Source: Pocillopora damicornis
Taxonomy: Eukaryota
Direction of reading: 5' to 3'
Assembly: GCF_003704095.1 (NCBI RefSeq)
Contig: NW_020844981.1
Span: 62,001 to 126,000 of the forward strand
DNA: 64,000 nucleotides
Numbering within the stretch: the stretch's first letter is position 1; every line of letters begins with the position of its first letter. Below are positions 38,401 to 50,800 of this stretch, one piece after another. The position numbers and the translations under genes are program-made. The notes beneath the pieces are model-generated. The model made no database searches, was not told the origin of the DNA, and saw only the letters and a list, made by a program, of their open reading frames with translations.

Positions 38401-41398
38401 ATTCAAGCGTTGTACGACGTGAACGTGGCAGAAATATCAGAGGAAGAAGGTGAGCGGGGAGAGCTAGCTACTGAGATGACAACTGAAGTTCCTCAAGGGT
38501 GGAGTAATGGCTTTGACTTGAACTCTTTAAGGGAGGTGTGTGTCAACTTGCCTGGGAGGGGACAGGTTCTATTGACTGTAACTCAAGAAAGACTTTGTAC
38601 CTGCGTTAAGGTCCAACCGTTGGAAAAAGATCGTGCGAGGGACAATACAGTTCAAAGTGTATCGCCTGTCTCACCAGTTATCCATGCTGATTTATTCATT
38701 TGTCAGGTAGGGGTGACGATTATAGATGAAGTTACGAACTTCCGAAATCCTTACGAAGTTTTCCGAATAACTGCTGAAGGTGTCTCCGTGAAACATTCTG
38801 CGGAAGAAACTTTGAGGGATAGAGGTCATAATTTCCGGGACTTGTCTTTGTGCGTTGGAGCAGTTCAGGTCGATAATCAATTGCAAGACGACATGTACGA
38901 GTTTTCAGTGATTCTAACACCAAGCAATGCTCCAATGACGATTAAGAGAGTGCCGTCGCAGCGAAGACCTGGTCATCGCTCAAGAGCTAAGCCGCTGGTC
39001 AGTATCAAAATTGTGTATGAGCCTGGTCCGAGCGCAGAAGACATATTCCTTAGCTCTGTATGTGTTACTCTTCAACCGCTGACAATGTACATCGAGGACA
39101 CTTTTCTTTATCGTCTAGGGGATATGGCCGTATCATTTCTGCCTCCTCTTCTTTACCACTCGTCAACGTCAGTTAGTCACTTGGAGGGTGATCGACATAA
39201 AATTCTAAATGCAGCTTGTTCAAATGTTCGACCAATCTTAATGGGCGAGCTGAAAATAACTCCCGTAACGTTTAGCGTCACTCTCCACGGCTCTGCCAAG
39301 CTCTTTTTGTCTGTTGATGATTCTCCTCTATCTCTTGGCCAGTTTCACATGTCTCCGGTTTATCTCCCAAGTTCTGCCCTCGTTCAGAAGCTCACTTATC
39401 ATTACGTGACCGCAGCGCTATTCAAGGCGGGCTGGGTATTGGGTTCTCTTGAACTTCTCGGGAATCCCGCAGGTTTAGTGAGAAGCTTTAGTCAAGGGGT
39501 AGCTGATTTCTTTTATTTACCTTATGACGGGCTGACTCGCGGGCCTGGCGCGTTCGTGTCGGGCATGTCCCGAGGCATGTCGTCTTTCGTTAGGCATCTT
39601 TCCACCGGTGCATTGACGTCCATCACGAGTCTTGCGTCAAGTATGGCTCGGAACCTGGATCGACTAAGTATGGATCGCGAATATCTCCGACTGCTAGAGG
39701 AGCAAAGATGCAGAAGACCAAAGAAAGTGCTAACAGGTACAATTTAGTTGTTTTTTTTTCTTCTTCCACTTTATGTTAAACCTAAGGACTGTCTTCTGTG
39801 AAGCAGCAGTTAAACTAGTACAATGAAACCTCCAATACGAAAACTTCTACAGGATTAGAGAGAGTGATCCTTGCTTAGAGATGTGTCTTCGAAAAGGTAA
39901 CAGGTACAGAAGTCAGTGCAGTGTTTAACTCACTTGCCACCACCTTTTGTGTCCCATGGTCGGTTTTATTACTGTTAAGGTATCTCAAAAAAGGAGTTTT
40001 ATTGTCCTTTTTGTCATTCTCTCGAGTAATGTTATTGATCCACGCCCCAAAGGGGGGCTCATGCCTTAACAGGATTTGATAATCAAGCACTGGGTTACTG
40101 AATCTCAGAGACAAAGCACGACAAAGTGGGTCGTGAGAAGTTTCATAAGTTTGGCGCTTGTTTGGTGTATTGTTCGAACGTTTCTCTTCAAAGCCAAGGT
40201 GGCCGTAAGCCTAAGATTTATCTTTTGCAGGATTATCGAAAGGGCTTGGAGGATTCGGTCTCAGTCTCCTAGGCGCTGTAGCGGGTATAGTAGATCAGCC
40301 CATCCAGGGAATACGGCAAGCTAATGATGTAAGAGAAGCGGCTAGTGGTGTCATTACTGGTGTAGGAAAGGGCCTAATAGGTGTGGTTACCAAGCCACTG
40401 GGTGGCGCCATGGAGCTGGTGTCACAGACTGGGCAGGGAATCCTACAGGGGGCTGGTTTAACAGAGCTGCCAAATCGACTCTTCGATCCTGGAGAAAGGT
40501 TGGCGTTTTCTGCTAAGAACAGCCATTTGAAGTACTTCTGGTAAGGCGTCTTGTGTTTCTCTCGATTTTTCAGTTTCATAGGAGTTCTGTATCCCGCTTA
40601 TTTTCGTTAAGTTCAGCCGTATATTTTACTACAAGGTTTATATTTGCAACAATTGTAACAATGATTAGTGTTTTTATGGCAAGGAGCATTTTTTATACTG
40701 ACGGTATTCCATAGAGATCACTTTATTTGGCTTTTACTTTTCTTGCCTATCGTTGCATACTTACACCATGGCATCGTTGCACTGTTGCAGAGAAGCTGTT
40801 ACCAAACTGCTTTAACTGACTTAAAGTTCAAAATCAAAGCATTTGCAGCAGCTTTATCTCTCATTGGGAAGATGAGTTTGGAAACCTACTTTATCTAAGA
40901 ACCATACATTCATTTTATATTATAAGGAAAATGCTGCACAATCAGGAAGATCTTGATCTTCTTCTTCACTTGGAAGCGACTGTTGTGACGTCATCTGGGC
41001 ATGACTATGATGGAACTGTGCTGCTGACCAGAGACACGTTATTCATTGTGGGCCAGGCCGCAGATACCATCCAGCAAACTCTCTTTATTAAGGACATTGA
41101 CTTGCAAGAGGATGAAGAAGACAATAGGAGTGTTGCCGTAGTAAATCAAGTAGTTATTGCAAAGGACGAGAGCGAAGAGGCGGATGGAGTGCATGACAGT
41201 GGTGACCCAGACCGCTTGAGGCAGTTCCTTAAAGATGCGCGGGCTCAGGCATTAGAGCAAATGGCTACCTTGGATAGCTCTGACAGTAATTTGACTTCTC
41301 CCGGTCAGAAGTTCGTTTTGCTTGTTGACCCTATGTTAAGAAGAACACTTTTGTTACAGTTTCAATCGGCTAAGAGGAACTTAATTTCAGACCCGTAG
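10649..41398 (+). CDS. VPS13B: Vacuolar protein sorting 13B (COH1), bridge-like lipid transfer protein; about 37 exons, about 4,000 aa
   Basis: Chorein N-terminus MLESYITPVLMSYVDKYIKNLKPSDLSLSLWGGDVVL is diagnostic of VPS13B; internal QNPALEWN and WQLGHF-like segments; C-terminal FKAGWVLGSLELLGNPAGLVRS...LPYDGLTRGPGAFVSG...GIVDQP...GVVTKPLGGAMELVSQTG. Approximate exons: 10649-10795, 11186-~12397, 13216-13627, 14246-14463, 14971-15147, 15429-15553, 16301-16485, 16696-16827, 17240-17431, 17848-18073, ~19020-19195, 19882-20415, 20938-21171, 21435-21643, 22003-22869, ~23436-23631, 24371-24909, ~25462-25657, 25811-26101, ~26930-27087, 27786-28045, ~28236-28420, ~28587-28786, 29263-29457, 30029-30276, 30755-30979, 31459-31701, 32353-32466, ~32918-33083, 33561-33638, 34170-34492, 35325-35446, 36044-36256, 36742-37041, ~37780-39736, 40231-40540, 40927-41398. 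Confidence 0.95.
12876..13008. mobile_element. Small foldback/MITE with inverted arms of about 37 bp in VPS13B intron 2
   Basis: AGGAATTTGAAGCATGCAGACCATTTCAAATTTACCA pairs with TGGTTAATTTGAAATGGCCTGCATGCTCCGAATTCCT. Confidence 0.7.
20651..20841. mobile_element. MITE with TIRs of about 16 bp and a 6-bp target-site duplication (ATGCAA)
   Basis: ATGCAA|AAGGGTCACAATGGGGT ... ACCTCATTGAGACCCTC|ATGCAA; internal (A/G)CCGT(A/T)A repeats. Confidence 0.8.
23685..23993. mobile_element. MITE of about 310 bp with degenerate TIRs
   Basis: GTATTTACCCAATTAACGC ... GCGTTTAATTGAGTAAATACGGT. Confidence 0.65.
25029..25240. mobile_element. MITE of about 210 bp with TTAACCCTTT...AAAGGGTTAA-type ends; related copies at about 26212-26424, 35620-35830 and partial 19725-19810
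   Basis: Shared termini and a shared internal ATTGTAAGGAGAAATT block among the copies in this window. Confidence 0.7.
26443..26688. mobile_element. Penelope-like retroelement end (inverted pseudo-LTR) with two degenerate hammerhead cores and a 13-bp TSD
   Basis: Inverted arms of about 90 bp centred near 26594; motif (C)TAACGAAGGGCTAACGCTCGAAACGTC on both strands; direct repeat TAACCATCAGAGA at 26430-26442 and 26689-26701. Confidence 0.75.
32495..32740. repeat. Short interspersed repeat rich in CCAATC/GATTGG; related fragments near 37510-37640 and 47585-47700
   Basis: TTTTCAATCGAGTGTCGAAAG...GTGATTGG...ACCAATCAC...TCTGATTGGCCG pattern recurs in the window. Confidence 0.5.
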
Positions 41399-42144
41399 CT
41401 TCCCTGTCCACATGAAAGGGCTCTTTTGCCAGCTGGACGAAATCTTGAGACACATCTGTTTTTGTGGAGAAAATAACCGCGAAATTAAACGCCGCGCTAA
41501 CCCTAAGCCAACCATCCCCAGTCAAATGAAATTTTTTGCGTGTAACTTTTAAAGTGATAATTTACACTCTTCAAAGTAGGGTTCATTTTAAACATCTACG
41601 AATCATCTCTTGTGTAAACCCCCTGGTGAAAAACTCAAAAAGTAAGACAATTTGAAAATGTTAGGCTTTTTCTTGTTTATTTTTTATAGCTGGATACATA
41701 TGGCCTTCTTAGCAAAAATATCGCCAATTCACGGGAAAACACTTCTGAACAATTTGCTTGCCGTTCGCTATCATGAAGTGTTAAATAATTCCTGTAAGAG
41801 AATTATAATTGTATAAGATGAGGTATAATCACAGGGTATGATTATTGCCAGGGTATTGGAAATGGAAAACATTTCCAACAGGAATTTGTTCCTAGGGAAT
41901 ATAACTTGTCTCGATTTTATAGCACAGATATTATTGTTAAGAAGTGTGGCTTACACTTGCTATCATATTTAAGTGCACTATCCTAGCTGATTTAGGAATA
42001 ATCAAGGTTCTTGGTGGGGAGAAATTGTTGAACAATATTTAAACGAATCGCTTTAGGTTTATATATATATATATATGCATAGAAGTAATTTGTAAACAGA
42101 GGATTAGAAATGTTTGTACCACAGATGTACAGAACAATCATTCA

Positions 42145-42150
42145 AATAAA
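42145..42150 (+). terminator. Candidate VPS13B polyadenylation signal
   Basis: AATAAA about 750 nt after the stop codon, followed by a GT-rich stretch. Confidence 0.4.
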
Positions 42151-44014
42151 GTTGTCTGAATTTGATTACATGGATACTTATGAAAATTTACGCACTGCAG
42201 TACAGTGCGTTCAAAAAACCTGTCGAAAAAAGGGGAGAGACCACTTTAATAGCAATAAGTGGTTACGCTATTAATAGTACCGTTGAAATGATGAATCGTC
42301 CGGACCTGGACTTTTAGGAGTATAAAGTTGTCAAGAAAGACTAATAAAAGTAAAGCTATTTTGTAAACAAATGGCTGGTACCTTGAACATGGATTAGTAC
42401 ATACATATCGCACAAGGATTCTATCTTTTAGCGCGTTCTGATTGGCCAACTCGGAGGTACGGAAAATCCAAGAGTATGTTTACAGTAAACATGGAAGTGC
42501 ATTAACACTTCGACTTTCGCCCCAGTTGCCGATATCTTGCTAGTGTCATGATAATTCTTACCATTTAACTTAACTAGATTTTAAAAGTAAACTGTGGAAG
42601 CAAAGTGTTCTTCCTTACTTTCTTTGAGGAGACAAAGCTAGTTGAAGGCAAATCCCAAAAGCTCATATAAAGACATTTCAGGCCACTTCAATATAGGGTT
42701 GACATCATTATATTAGTTTTTAAGGACAAAAATTCTTTTAAGATTTAAGTTCTTACGTCTCAATGGTAGAAAAAAGCACCGCAAACAATAAAGAGAGAAA
42801 CGGCGTGACCCTCAGGAAAAAACATTCCTTGGCAGAGATCCTTATTTTCTGGACGCTCCTCTATTAGGGGCAAGGAATATTTCCTAAATTTATACAATAT
42901 TGAAGCAATAAGCACATCAAGAAGTTTTGCAACTAGATTTTTAGCTAACTCTGCCAGTTGACTGAAATACCACACACGGTCCCCCTTGCAGATTTTTTTC
43001 GGCCATTGTGAGACACCAAATAAGAGCCAACATGTACGAAAAGGGAACTGATGTTCAAGAAGCCGATACTGATCCTGTTTTGTTATTTAAAAAAATAGGC
43101 AATTCTCTTCCTCATTCACTTAAATTCACAACTGACACTTATGCTGCTGTGTTAGAATTAACTTCGACTAGGTCCCAGTGATTTCGTGTCGCAATCAAAT
43201 ACGTCAAGCGACATGTAAAAACTTGCGCGGTAACACGCATTTAGCGTGCAACACAAAATCATTATTCGTCAAGACCACCGTTCAGCATTGAAACAATCCT
43301 TTCTTTTAGCATGTACTGATTTAAAGAACCGCAACAATATGACGAGATATTTATGGCTTAAATGTTGTGTGGTTTTCTGAAAAGTTGATTTCTTGCAATA
43401 TGTGTTGAGTGAATCCTCCTCCCCAGGCCCTCGAACGATTGGCTTCTGCTCATGAACGCTCCTCTGACAGAAGAGAATTAAAAACTAGCGTTTCCAAATG
43501 TCTCGCTAATATAACAGGATGATCAGCTTTGTAAATTATTTACAAAGCTGATCATTCAGCTCCCCTATTCCAAGCCTTGAATTTGAAATTATTGTCCCAG
43601 CTGCTAATTTGTGTGTTTTTTCAGGCGATGATCTTACAGGGTGAGCTCTAAAATATTTATGTACATGTTATACCCCATGTAATGGATGAATATTCAAAGA
43701 AACAGTGATTGTTGGCTTTTACTTGAGTTATTGTCAAGATTATAAAAAACGTTTATTTTAATGCTTAACTCTAGTGCACTTGAGCTGCGCAGAGCACGAC
43801 ACTGGGTTAAAAACCTGAATTACCGATTTATTTCAATGATTGACTCCCTGTTTGAACGTAATGTACAAGTACACTTGATTCCAAAAGAAAAGATTTCTAC
43901 CTACTTACCGTCATGGGTCAAATGCATTGAAACTTAACCGTCAAGTGTCAAGATAGGAATATTTTAACCGTCAACCGTCAAAGGTATCCTCCTTTTCAGA
44001 CCTTTAAGGAGGAA

Positions 44015-44903
44015 CGGGCCATTGGTTGGCCTGAGAACGAAAATAACTGTGAAAATGACAGTCCCAATTACTTTGTGCCAGAGACAAATGATCGCATTTT
44101 ATTGGCTGTCTGATGTGAGTGACGTAGGACGTATGCAGGGGAAAAACTCAAAGGACGAACAGAGAAAACTGAATTTATTTTTAAAGAAAGACACTGAAGA
44201 CTGCTGATCATGGTAAGTACTGTCTGTTTCAAAACAAGTGATACTATGCTATGTATTCACTACTGTTGTCTTTACTTAAGTAAGACTTTGGAGATTAAAG
44301 CGTCCCATCATGTCCCGATCATATCGCTGATGCGACTTGGTTGAAGGGAATTCTGATATCTGCGATAGAAAATGAAAAGTCAAGAGTTCGTAAAAACAGT
44401 TACAAACAGTGTGTACGAAATCCACGTTTTGAAATCCATTTACAACTACTAGGTTCGATCAATAAATAGCTTTAAACCAGCGCTAGTTAACTGGGTAATT
44501 ATTTTAGTGAGTTATGGAATACAAAATGCCCGCCTCTTCAGGGTCAATCTCTGTAAAACCTTTTTCTTCGACCTAACTTGAGCAGAATTCGATCTGTAAA
44601 GAGGAAGATTGAAAATCGAATATCTTTTACAGGAGCGTAACTGAGACCATTTACATTTCCTATGATTGGAAGGAAGATGAGATGCAAGTCACCCGAATAT
44701 TATGTGCATGTTCGATCTTTGGTACATTTATTTCAGTTTCTAAGTCTTACTTTCATTACTGATGATGGATTTGAACATGAAAAGATAAAACAATTTCCTT
44801 TATTTTACAGGAAACGACAAGCCTCAGTGTTTATTGCTTTTGAGCGGTTGGATTTTCATCAAGCGATCAATCACAGTACAATTGAAGCTTTTTCCTGTAA
44901 AAG
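44015..44903 (+). promoter_or_regulatory. Probable promoter and 5' leader exons of TPR-CHAT gene A (paralogous region about 52950-53821 in unit B)
   Basis: ATTGG boxes at 44021 and 44101; strong donor ATG|GTAAGT at 44212; exon TTTTACAG|44811-44903|GTAAGC; acceptor CTTACAG ending at 47861, 14 nt before the ATG; all splice sites are kept in unit B. Confidence 0.55.
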
Positions 44904-45934
44904 GTAAGCTATCTATGTGCGATGAATGAATGTTTTCATTTTCTAGTGGGTGTAACCTGCGTGATGAAGACAAAGACTTAATATGAAACACAGGTGGGCT
45001 TTTACGGGCGTCGTTGTGTAAACCGACGACCTTCCTACCAAAGTGTTACCATTAAAGGTATTCATTTCGATAAGAATGAAACATCGAGACAATCAGGGGT
45101 CACTACAGAGGTTTCAGGTTAACAATCTTTTAGGACCAATTAACAATTGATATCTCTCTCACGGATTTGGAATTTAATATTACTGCACTGAGCGATCATT
45201 CGAATAATGATAGAAATTCTTCACAGCTAAAGCTAATTTTTATATTCGAAAAAGTAGCAAACAAATTTGATGCCAAATGCTTACATCCTTTTTAGCTCTC
45301 AAAATTCTCAAATTTCTCTGAAGAAAGTTTAATGTTTATTGATGTTTATATCTATATTTGATTAATCAGAAACTGGAAAAGTCTCACTTTCCGAGGCTAA
45401 GCCAAAAAGGTGCGTTACGTTGTTAGTTGAGAGCACGAATTTGAAACAAAAGAAGCAATCAACTTCTTTTTATAGATGCAAATTACGTTGTTAGTTTCTC
45501 TCACTATTGTGGTCTGTTATCTATTACCTTTAAACCAGTCACAAAACTTATTTTTCAACGGAAGGGAGGGGAGGGGGCTGCACCTTTGTTTCATTGGAAT
45601 ATACCAGGANNNNNNNNNNTAAACCCACGTGGATATCCCTCGCCGTTATCGCCAATTTGTGACGACATGAAGGAAAATGAAAAGCCCTGAGGAAGGTACC
45701 TAACGAGAACAATGAAAATAGGACCTTATGAAATTTGAATGGATCAAATTCAAGAAAGATCTGAAATTAAAGTTTAATGTTCGGGTCGTTAAACTAATGT
45801 GGCAAAAACTAGACTAGATCTTAATCAACTGCTGAGAAGATGGCGACGGATGAAATACTCAGTTTAAAATCACGTAACGTCACAAAACCCAATATCCAAA
45901 CTTACATGGAATACAGCTGTATTTACATTCCGTG

Positions 45935-46262
45935 TAATTACTAAACGACTATTGGATGAGGTTTTTGTGATATTCGGAAGAATCAAGGTTGAGGTAGGGG
46001 TTGTCAGCCGAGCCAAAGGCTAATGCTGATAACCCTAAAAGAGATCTTGATTATTCTCGATATCACAACAACCGAATCTAATTATTGTTTTATTATACAT
46101 TGAACGAAAAAAAAAATGGTTGCGTCATGGTGACTTTAAGTGTCCTTGACATGATAATTGTGTAATCTGCAGCTAGATGACGTCTCAGGCGCTGAATTCA
46201 TGCAATCACTGTGCGTTTTCGGTCAATCAGAAAAGAGGTAGTGAGTTGAATGCATAATAATA
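45935..46262. repeat. Interspersed repeat, also at about 54830-55170 (duplicated with the unit); distant relative near 34860-35170
   Basis: Shared GCTGATAACCCT...CCGAATCTAATAATTG...CAATCAGAAAA...GTATAATAAT blocks. Confidence 0.5.
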
Positions 46263-47875
46263 TTCATTAAATAACGATCGAATGAACGGTCGAATGATTC
46301 AGTGTCAGTGGGTAAGTGAGTAGCGTTCCCTTTCTGAGTCCAAACAGGACGAATGAAGTTTGCCGTGATTCATTGGCCGGGGAAAAAGTCGAGGCTCCTA
46401 CCTTGAGCTGTAGGGATTTTAGTTCGAAATTATGGCGATTACTCTTGCATGCTGAACCAGTGCTGGTGTCTAAAGATTTGATCGAGCTGTTTATTTTTCT
46501 GTATTCTACAATATCTCAAATTCTTGGCTTCAGGCAATCAATATATTTACTTTTCGTTTCCTAGATTGCGTGACAAAGACAACCACTGATACCGAAATGC
46601 AAATATCGCAAATTCAAACCGGAAATCTTTCCTGACTGCAAATAACGCCTTTGTATAAATAATTGATTACATAAAAACTGAAATTCTGTGTGCCTCTTTT
46701 AGTGAAGTTCCAAAATCAGCCAATCCACTACAAACTTAATTTCAAAGCAATGATAACAAACAAATGACCGGAGAATTCAGAGAAAAAAAAACAATACCAA
46801 GAAATTATTTGCAATCGTACAGGGGTTGATTTTAGTGTTAAGTACGAATGATTGTCACATTGGCTATAAAGGTCGCACCGCAATGGCTTGGCACTTTCTA
46901 AAAGACTATTTACATTTCAAATATGAAAGCAAGTCATGCTTTGTTGATCTGGAGTGAATTACACAGTAACAAAAGTTGGGTTACCAAGTTTCAGCGAGCG
47001 CGAATTTTACTTGTCCATGAAAAACTGAAACGATATGGATGGACAGCTTGTGGTATCAGAATGAAAATTGGTGACAGACGGGAAGAAGCAGTGGATTGGA
47101 GAAACTAAGGAACAGTATGCACATCGGGTGGTTACTACACTTGCATCAGTAACAAGAGATTCTGTAGAAATCGCAGTGCATTTGTCATTTTGATTAACTG
47201 CATTAGCATGCTTTGGGAGTTGATTGTAATGATATATCCTAAGCACTTCAAATTGTTCATAGAATGTCTTGTTTGAAATATGTGTCTTACACAAATCCTA
47301 TTGCTAATGTAGATTGAAAGCCTCGCACCAGAAACCTCATTCGAGACGTCTTGTAAGATTTCTGTGTTTTGACGGTCTCTGGAGGGTCTCACTTGGAAAC
47401 AGTTGGAAAACTTTGTAGCCCCGGATACTTTAGGTACTTTCGTCTTAATATTCATAACATGACTTTTCTTTGGAATTGGTTTCGATGAATGAAACAGTTA
47501 ATTGGAAAAATACAGGAAAACATGCTTGTTATGAATCATCTGGAATTTCCTTTCCAAAAATTATTGAGTAAACCGAGTAAGTTGAGTGATAAGAACACTT
47601 ATCGATTGAGTGTTGTGTCTGAAATCAAAACCAAAGTAATCTTAATAGCCAATCAGAAGAAAGAAAAATACCCTTTAAGAGCCAATGAGAACTCAAAGAG
47701 TATTCATTTAAAAGCATTTCCTTCAGAGCCTCTCGTCATTTACGTGTAAGGAAGAACTACTGACGAGCTAAGCCGTCAGCCGCGTTTTGCACACTGTAAA
47801 TTTTTTTTTAATTACTCGCTTCTTATGTATAATGTTTCCTTCACTTCTTTCAAACTTACAGCAAAGAAGACTGCA

Positions 47876-50800
47876 ATGGACAAAATAGAAGGGGTTTTAG
47901 ACACAGTACAAGTGGTCTTTATAGGTATGACGATCGCCAATTTCCTTCTAAACACTGGTCGCCTTTCACCAGCCATTGAGTTGTGTAAGGAATGTCTGAG
48001 TTTACTAGACAGTCGGGCGCTTGATGAGATTGGAGATGCAGTGGATTACCGAATCCTTGGAACTCTGCACCAATCGGTTGGTGATTATAACAAGGCTCAA
48101 GAATATTACAAGAAAGCACTTGCTATCAAAATGGAAATTGGTGACAGAGGGGGAGAAGCAGTGGATCACGGAAATCTAGGAACAATGTTCCAATCGCTTG
48201 GTAATTATAAAAAGGCACAAGAACATTACATGAAAGCACTTTCCATCAGAACACAAATTGGTGACAGAAAGGGAGAAGCAGTGGTTTACAGAAACTTAGG
48301 AACCTTGTTCCAATCGCTTGGTAGTTATAACAAGGCACAAGAATATTACAAGAAGGCACTTGCTATCACAATAGAAATTGGTGACAAAGGGGGAGAAGCA
48401 GCGGTGTACGGAAATCTAGGAACAATGTTCCAATCGCTTGGTAATTATAAAAAGGCACAAGAATATCACGAGAAAGCACTTTCCATCAGAACACAAATTG
48501 GTGACAGAAAGGGAGAAGCAGTGGTTTATAGAAACCTAGGAACCATGTTCCAATTGCTTGGAGATTATAACAAGGCACAAGAATATTACAAGAAGGCACT
48601 TGCTATCACAATAGAAATTGGTGACAAAGGGGGAGAAGCAGCGGATTATGGAAATATAGGAACAATGTTCCAATTCCTTGGTAATTATAAAAAGGCACAA
48701 GAATATCACGAGAAAGCACTTTCCATCAGAGCACAAATTGGTGACAGAAAGGGAGAAGCAGTGGTTTATAGAAACCTAGGAACCTTGTTCCAATCGCTTC
48801 ATAATTATAACAAGGCACAAGAATATTACAAGAAAGCACTTGAAATCACACTGGAAATTGATGACAAAGGGGGAGAAGCAATGGCTTACGGAGACCTAGG
48901 AACAGTGTTCCAATCGCTTGGTAATTATAACCAGGCGCAAGGATATCACGAGAAAGCACTTGCTATCAGACTGGAAATTGGTGACAGAAAAGGAGAAGCA
49001 GCGCAATACGGAAACCTAGGAACAGTGTTCCAATCGCTTGGTAATTATAACAAGGCGCAAGAATATCACGAGAAAGCACTTGCCATCAGACTGGAAATTG
49101 GTGACAGAAAAGGAGAAGCAGCGGATTACAGAAACATAGGAACAGTGTTCCAATCGCTTGGTAATTATACCAAGGCACAAGAATATTATAAGAAAGCACT
49201 TGTCATCAGAATGGAAATTGGTGACAGAAAGGGAGAAGCAGTGGATTACGGAAATCTTGGAACGGTGTTCCAATCGCTTGGTAATTATTACAAGGCACAA
49301 GAATATTACAAGAAAGCACTTTCTATCAGACTGGAAATTGGTCACAGAAAAGGAGAAGCAGCGGATTACGGAAATCTAGGAACAGTGTTCCAATCGCTTG
49401 GTAATTATAAAAAGGCACAAGAATATTACATGAAAGCACTTGCTATCGGACTGGAAATTGGTGACAGAAAAGGAGAAGCAGCGGATTACGGAAACCTAGG
49501 AACCGTGTTTCAGTTGCTCGGTAATTATGCCCAGGCCCAGGAATATTACAAGAAAGCACTTGCTATCACAATGGAAATTGGTGACAAAGGGGGAGAAGCA
49601 GCGGATTACGGAAAGTTGGGAACAATGTTCCAATCGCTTGGTAATTATAAAAAGGCACAAGAACATCACGAGAAAGCACTTTCCATCAGAAAACAAATAG
49701 GTGACAGAGCAGGAGAAGCAGAGGATTACAAGAACCTTGGAATAGTGTTTCAATCGCGTGGTAATTATGACAAGGCACAAGAATATTACAAGAAAGCACT
49801 TGCTATTAGATCGGAAATTGGTGACAGAGAAGGAGAAGCAACGGATTACGGAAATTTAGGAAGACTGTTTGATTTACTCGGTGAACATGACAAGGCTCAA
49901 GAACATCTAGAGAAAGCACTACGAATTAGTAAGGAAATTTGCAACAGAAATCTAGAAGCAAGTTGTTATGCAAACCTTGGAGCTTTTTTTCTGTCACTCG
50001 GAAAATACCCTAGAGCAGATAAATATCTAGTACAAGCATTAGCAATAGCAAAGGAAATTGGCGATAAACATGGAGAGGCAGCAGTTTACAGTAATTTTGG
50101 GAGAATTTCTCACCATCTTCATGATTATGAAAAAGCTCAAGAATATCACAAGAAAGCCCTTGCAATCTATGAGGAAATTGGCGGCAGAGATGGAGAAGTA
50201 GTCGAATACGCAAGTTTGGGGGTATGTTTCCAATCACTTGGCATATATAACGTGGCCGAAAAATACATCAAGAGGGCCTTATTAATAAGCAAGAATATTG
50301 GACACAACTTTAATGAATTTAGCTGCCTTTGTCAACTAGCACAGTTGAAGCTATCACAATTTAATCTCAAAGAAGCCATATCATATCTTTTTCAGTGCAT
50401 TGGAAAATTCGATACGTTGCGAGGTTTCCTTAAAGATAACGATCAGTTTAAGACTTCTCTTTTAGAGAAGCACGGCAATTTTCCATACAAGTTGCTCAGT
50501 AAATTGCTTTCTTCTACCGGAAAGACAAGAGATGCTCTTTATGTTGAGGAGCTGAGACGGGCAAGAGGCCTCGCCGACTTCATGGCAGCCAAATACTCTG
50601 TTGAAGAGTTGATCTCAGGCAACCCACAGTCATGGCATGGCATTCAAACCATCATTACAAAAGAAACAAACTGTACATGTCTTTACATTTCAGTTGAAAA
50701 AGAACACGCACGGTACTGGATTCTCAAAGCATCAGGAGCCATTCACTTCTCACGAAAGAAAGTGAGTCTGGAGAAACGTGTGGTGACCAGATTAGTTCCT

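Noticed and set aside
47007-47455. Minus-strand ORFs upstream of the TPR-CHAT genes as a partner or substrate gene
   Set aside because: The frames are not preserved between units A and B (indels), and there is no recognisable domain.
47825-47875. ATG at 47825 (and 56788) as the start codon
   Set aside because: It lies in a polypyrimidine tract before a CTTACAG acceptor; the ATG at 47876 / 56839 is more plausible.
48536-49780. Repetitive antisense and alternative-frame ORFs over the TPR arrays
   Set aside because: Shadows of the repeated coding strand; short and regularly interrupted by stops.
48050-49970. Regular repeats as a CRISPR array
   Set aside because: The units are contiguous 120-bp coding repeats with no unique spacers, and the context is eukaryotic.
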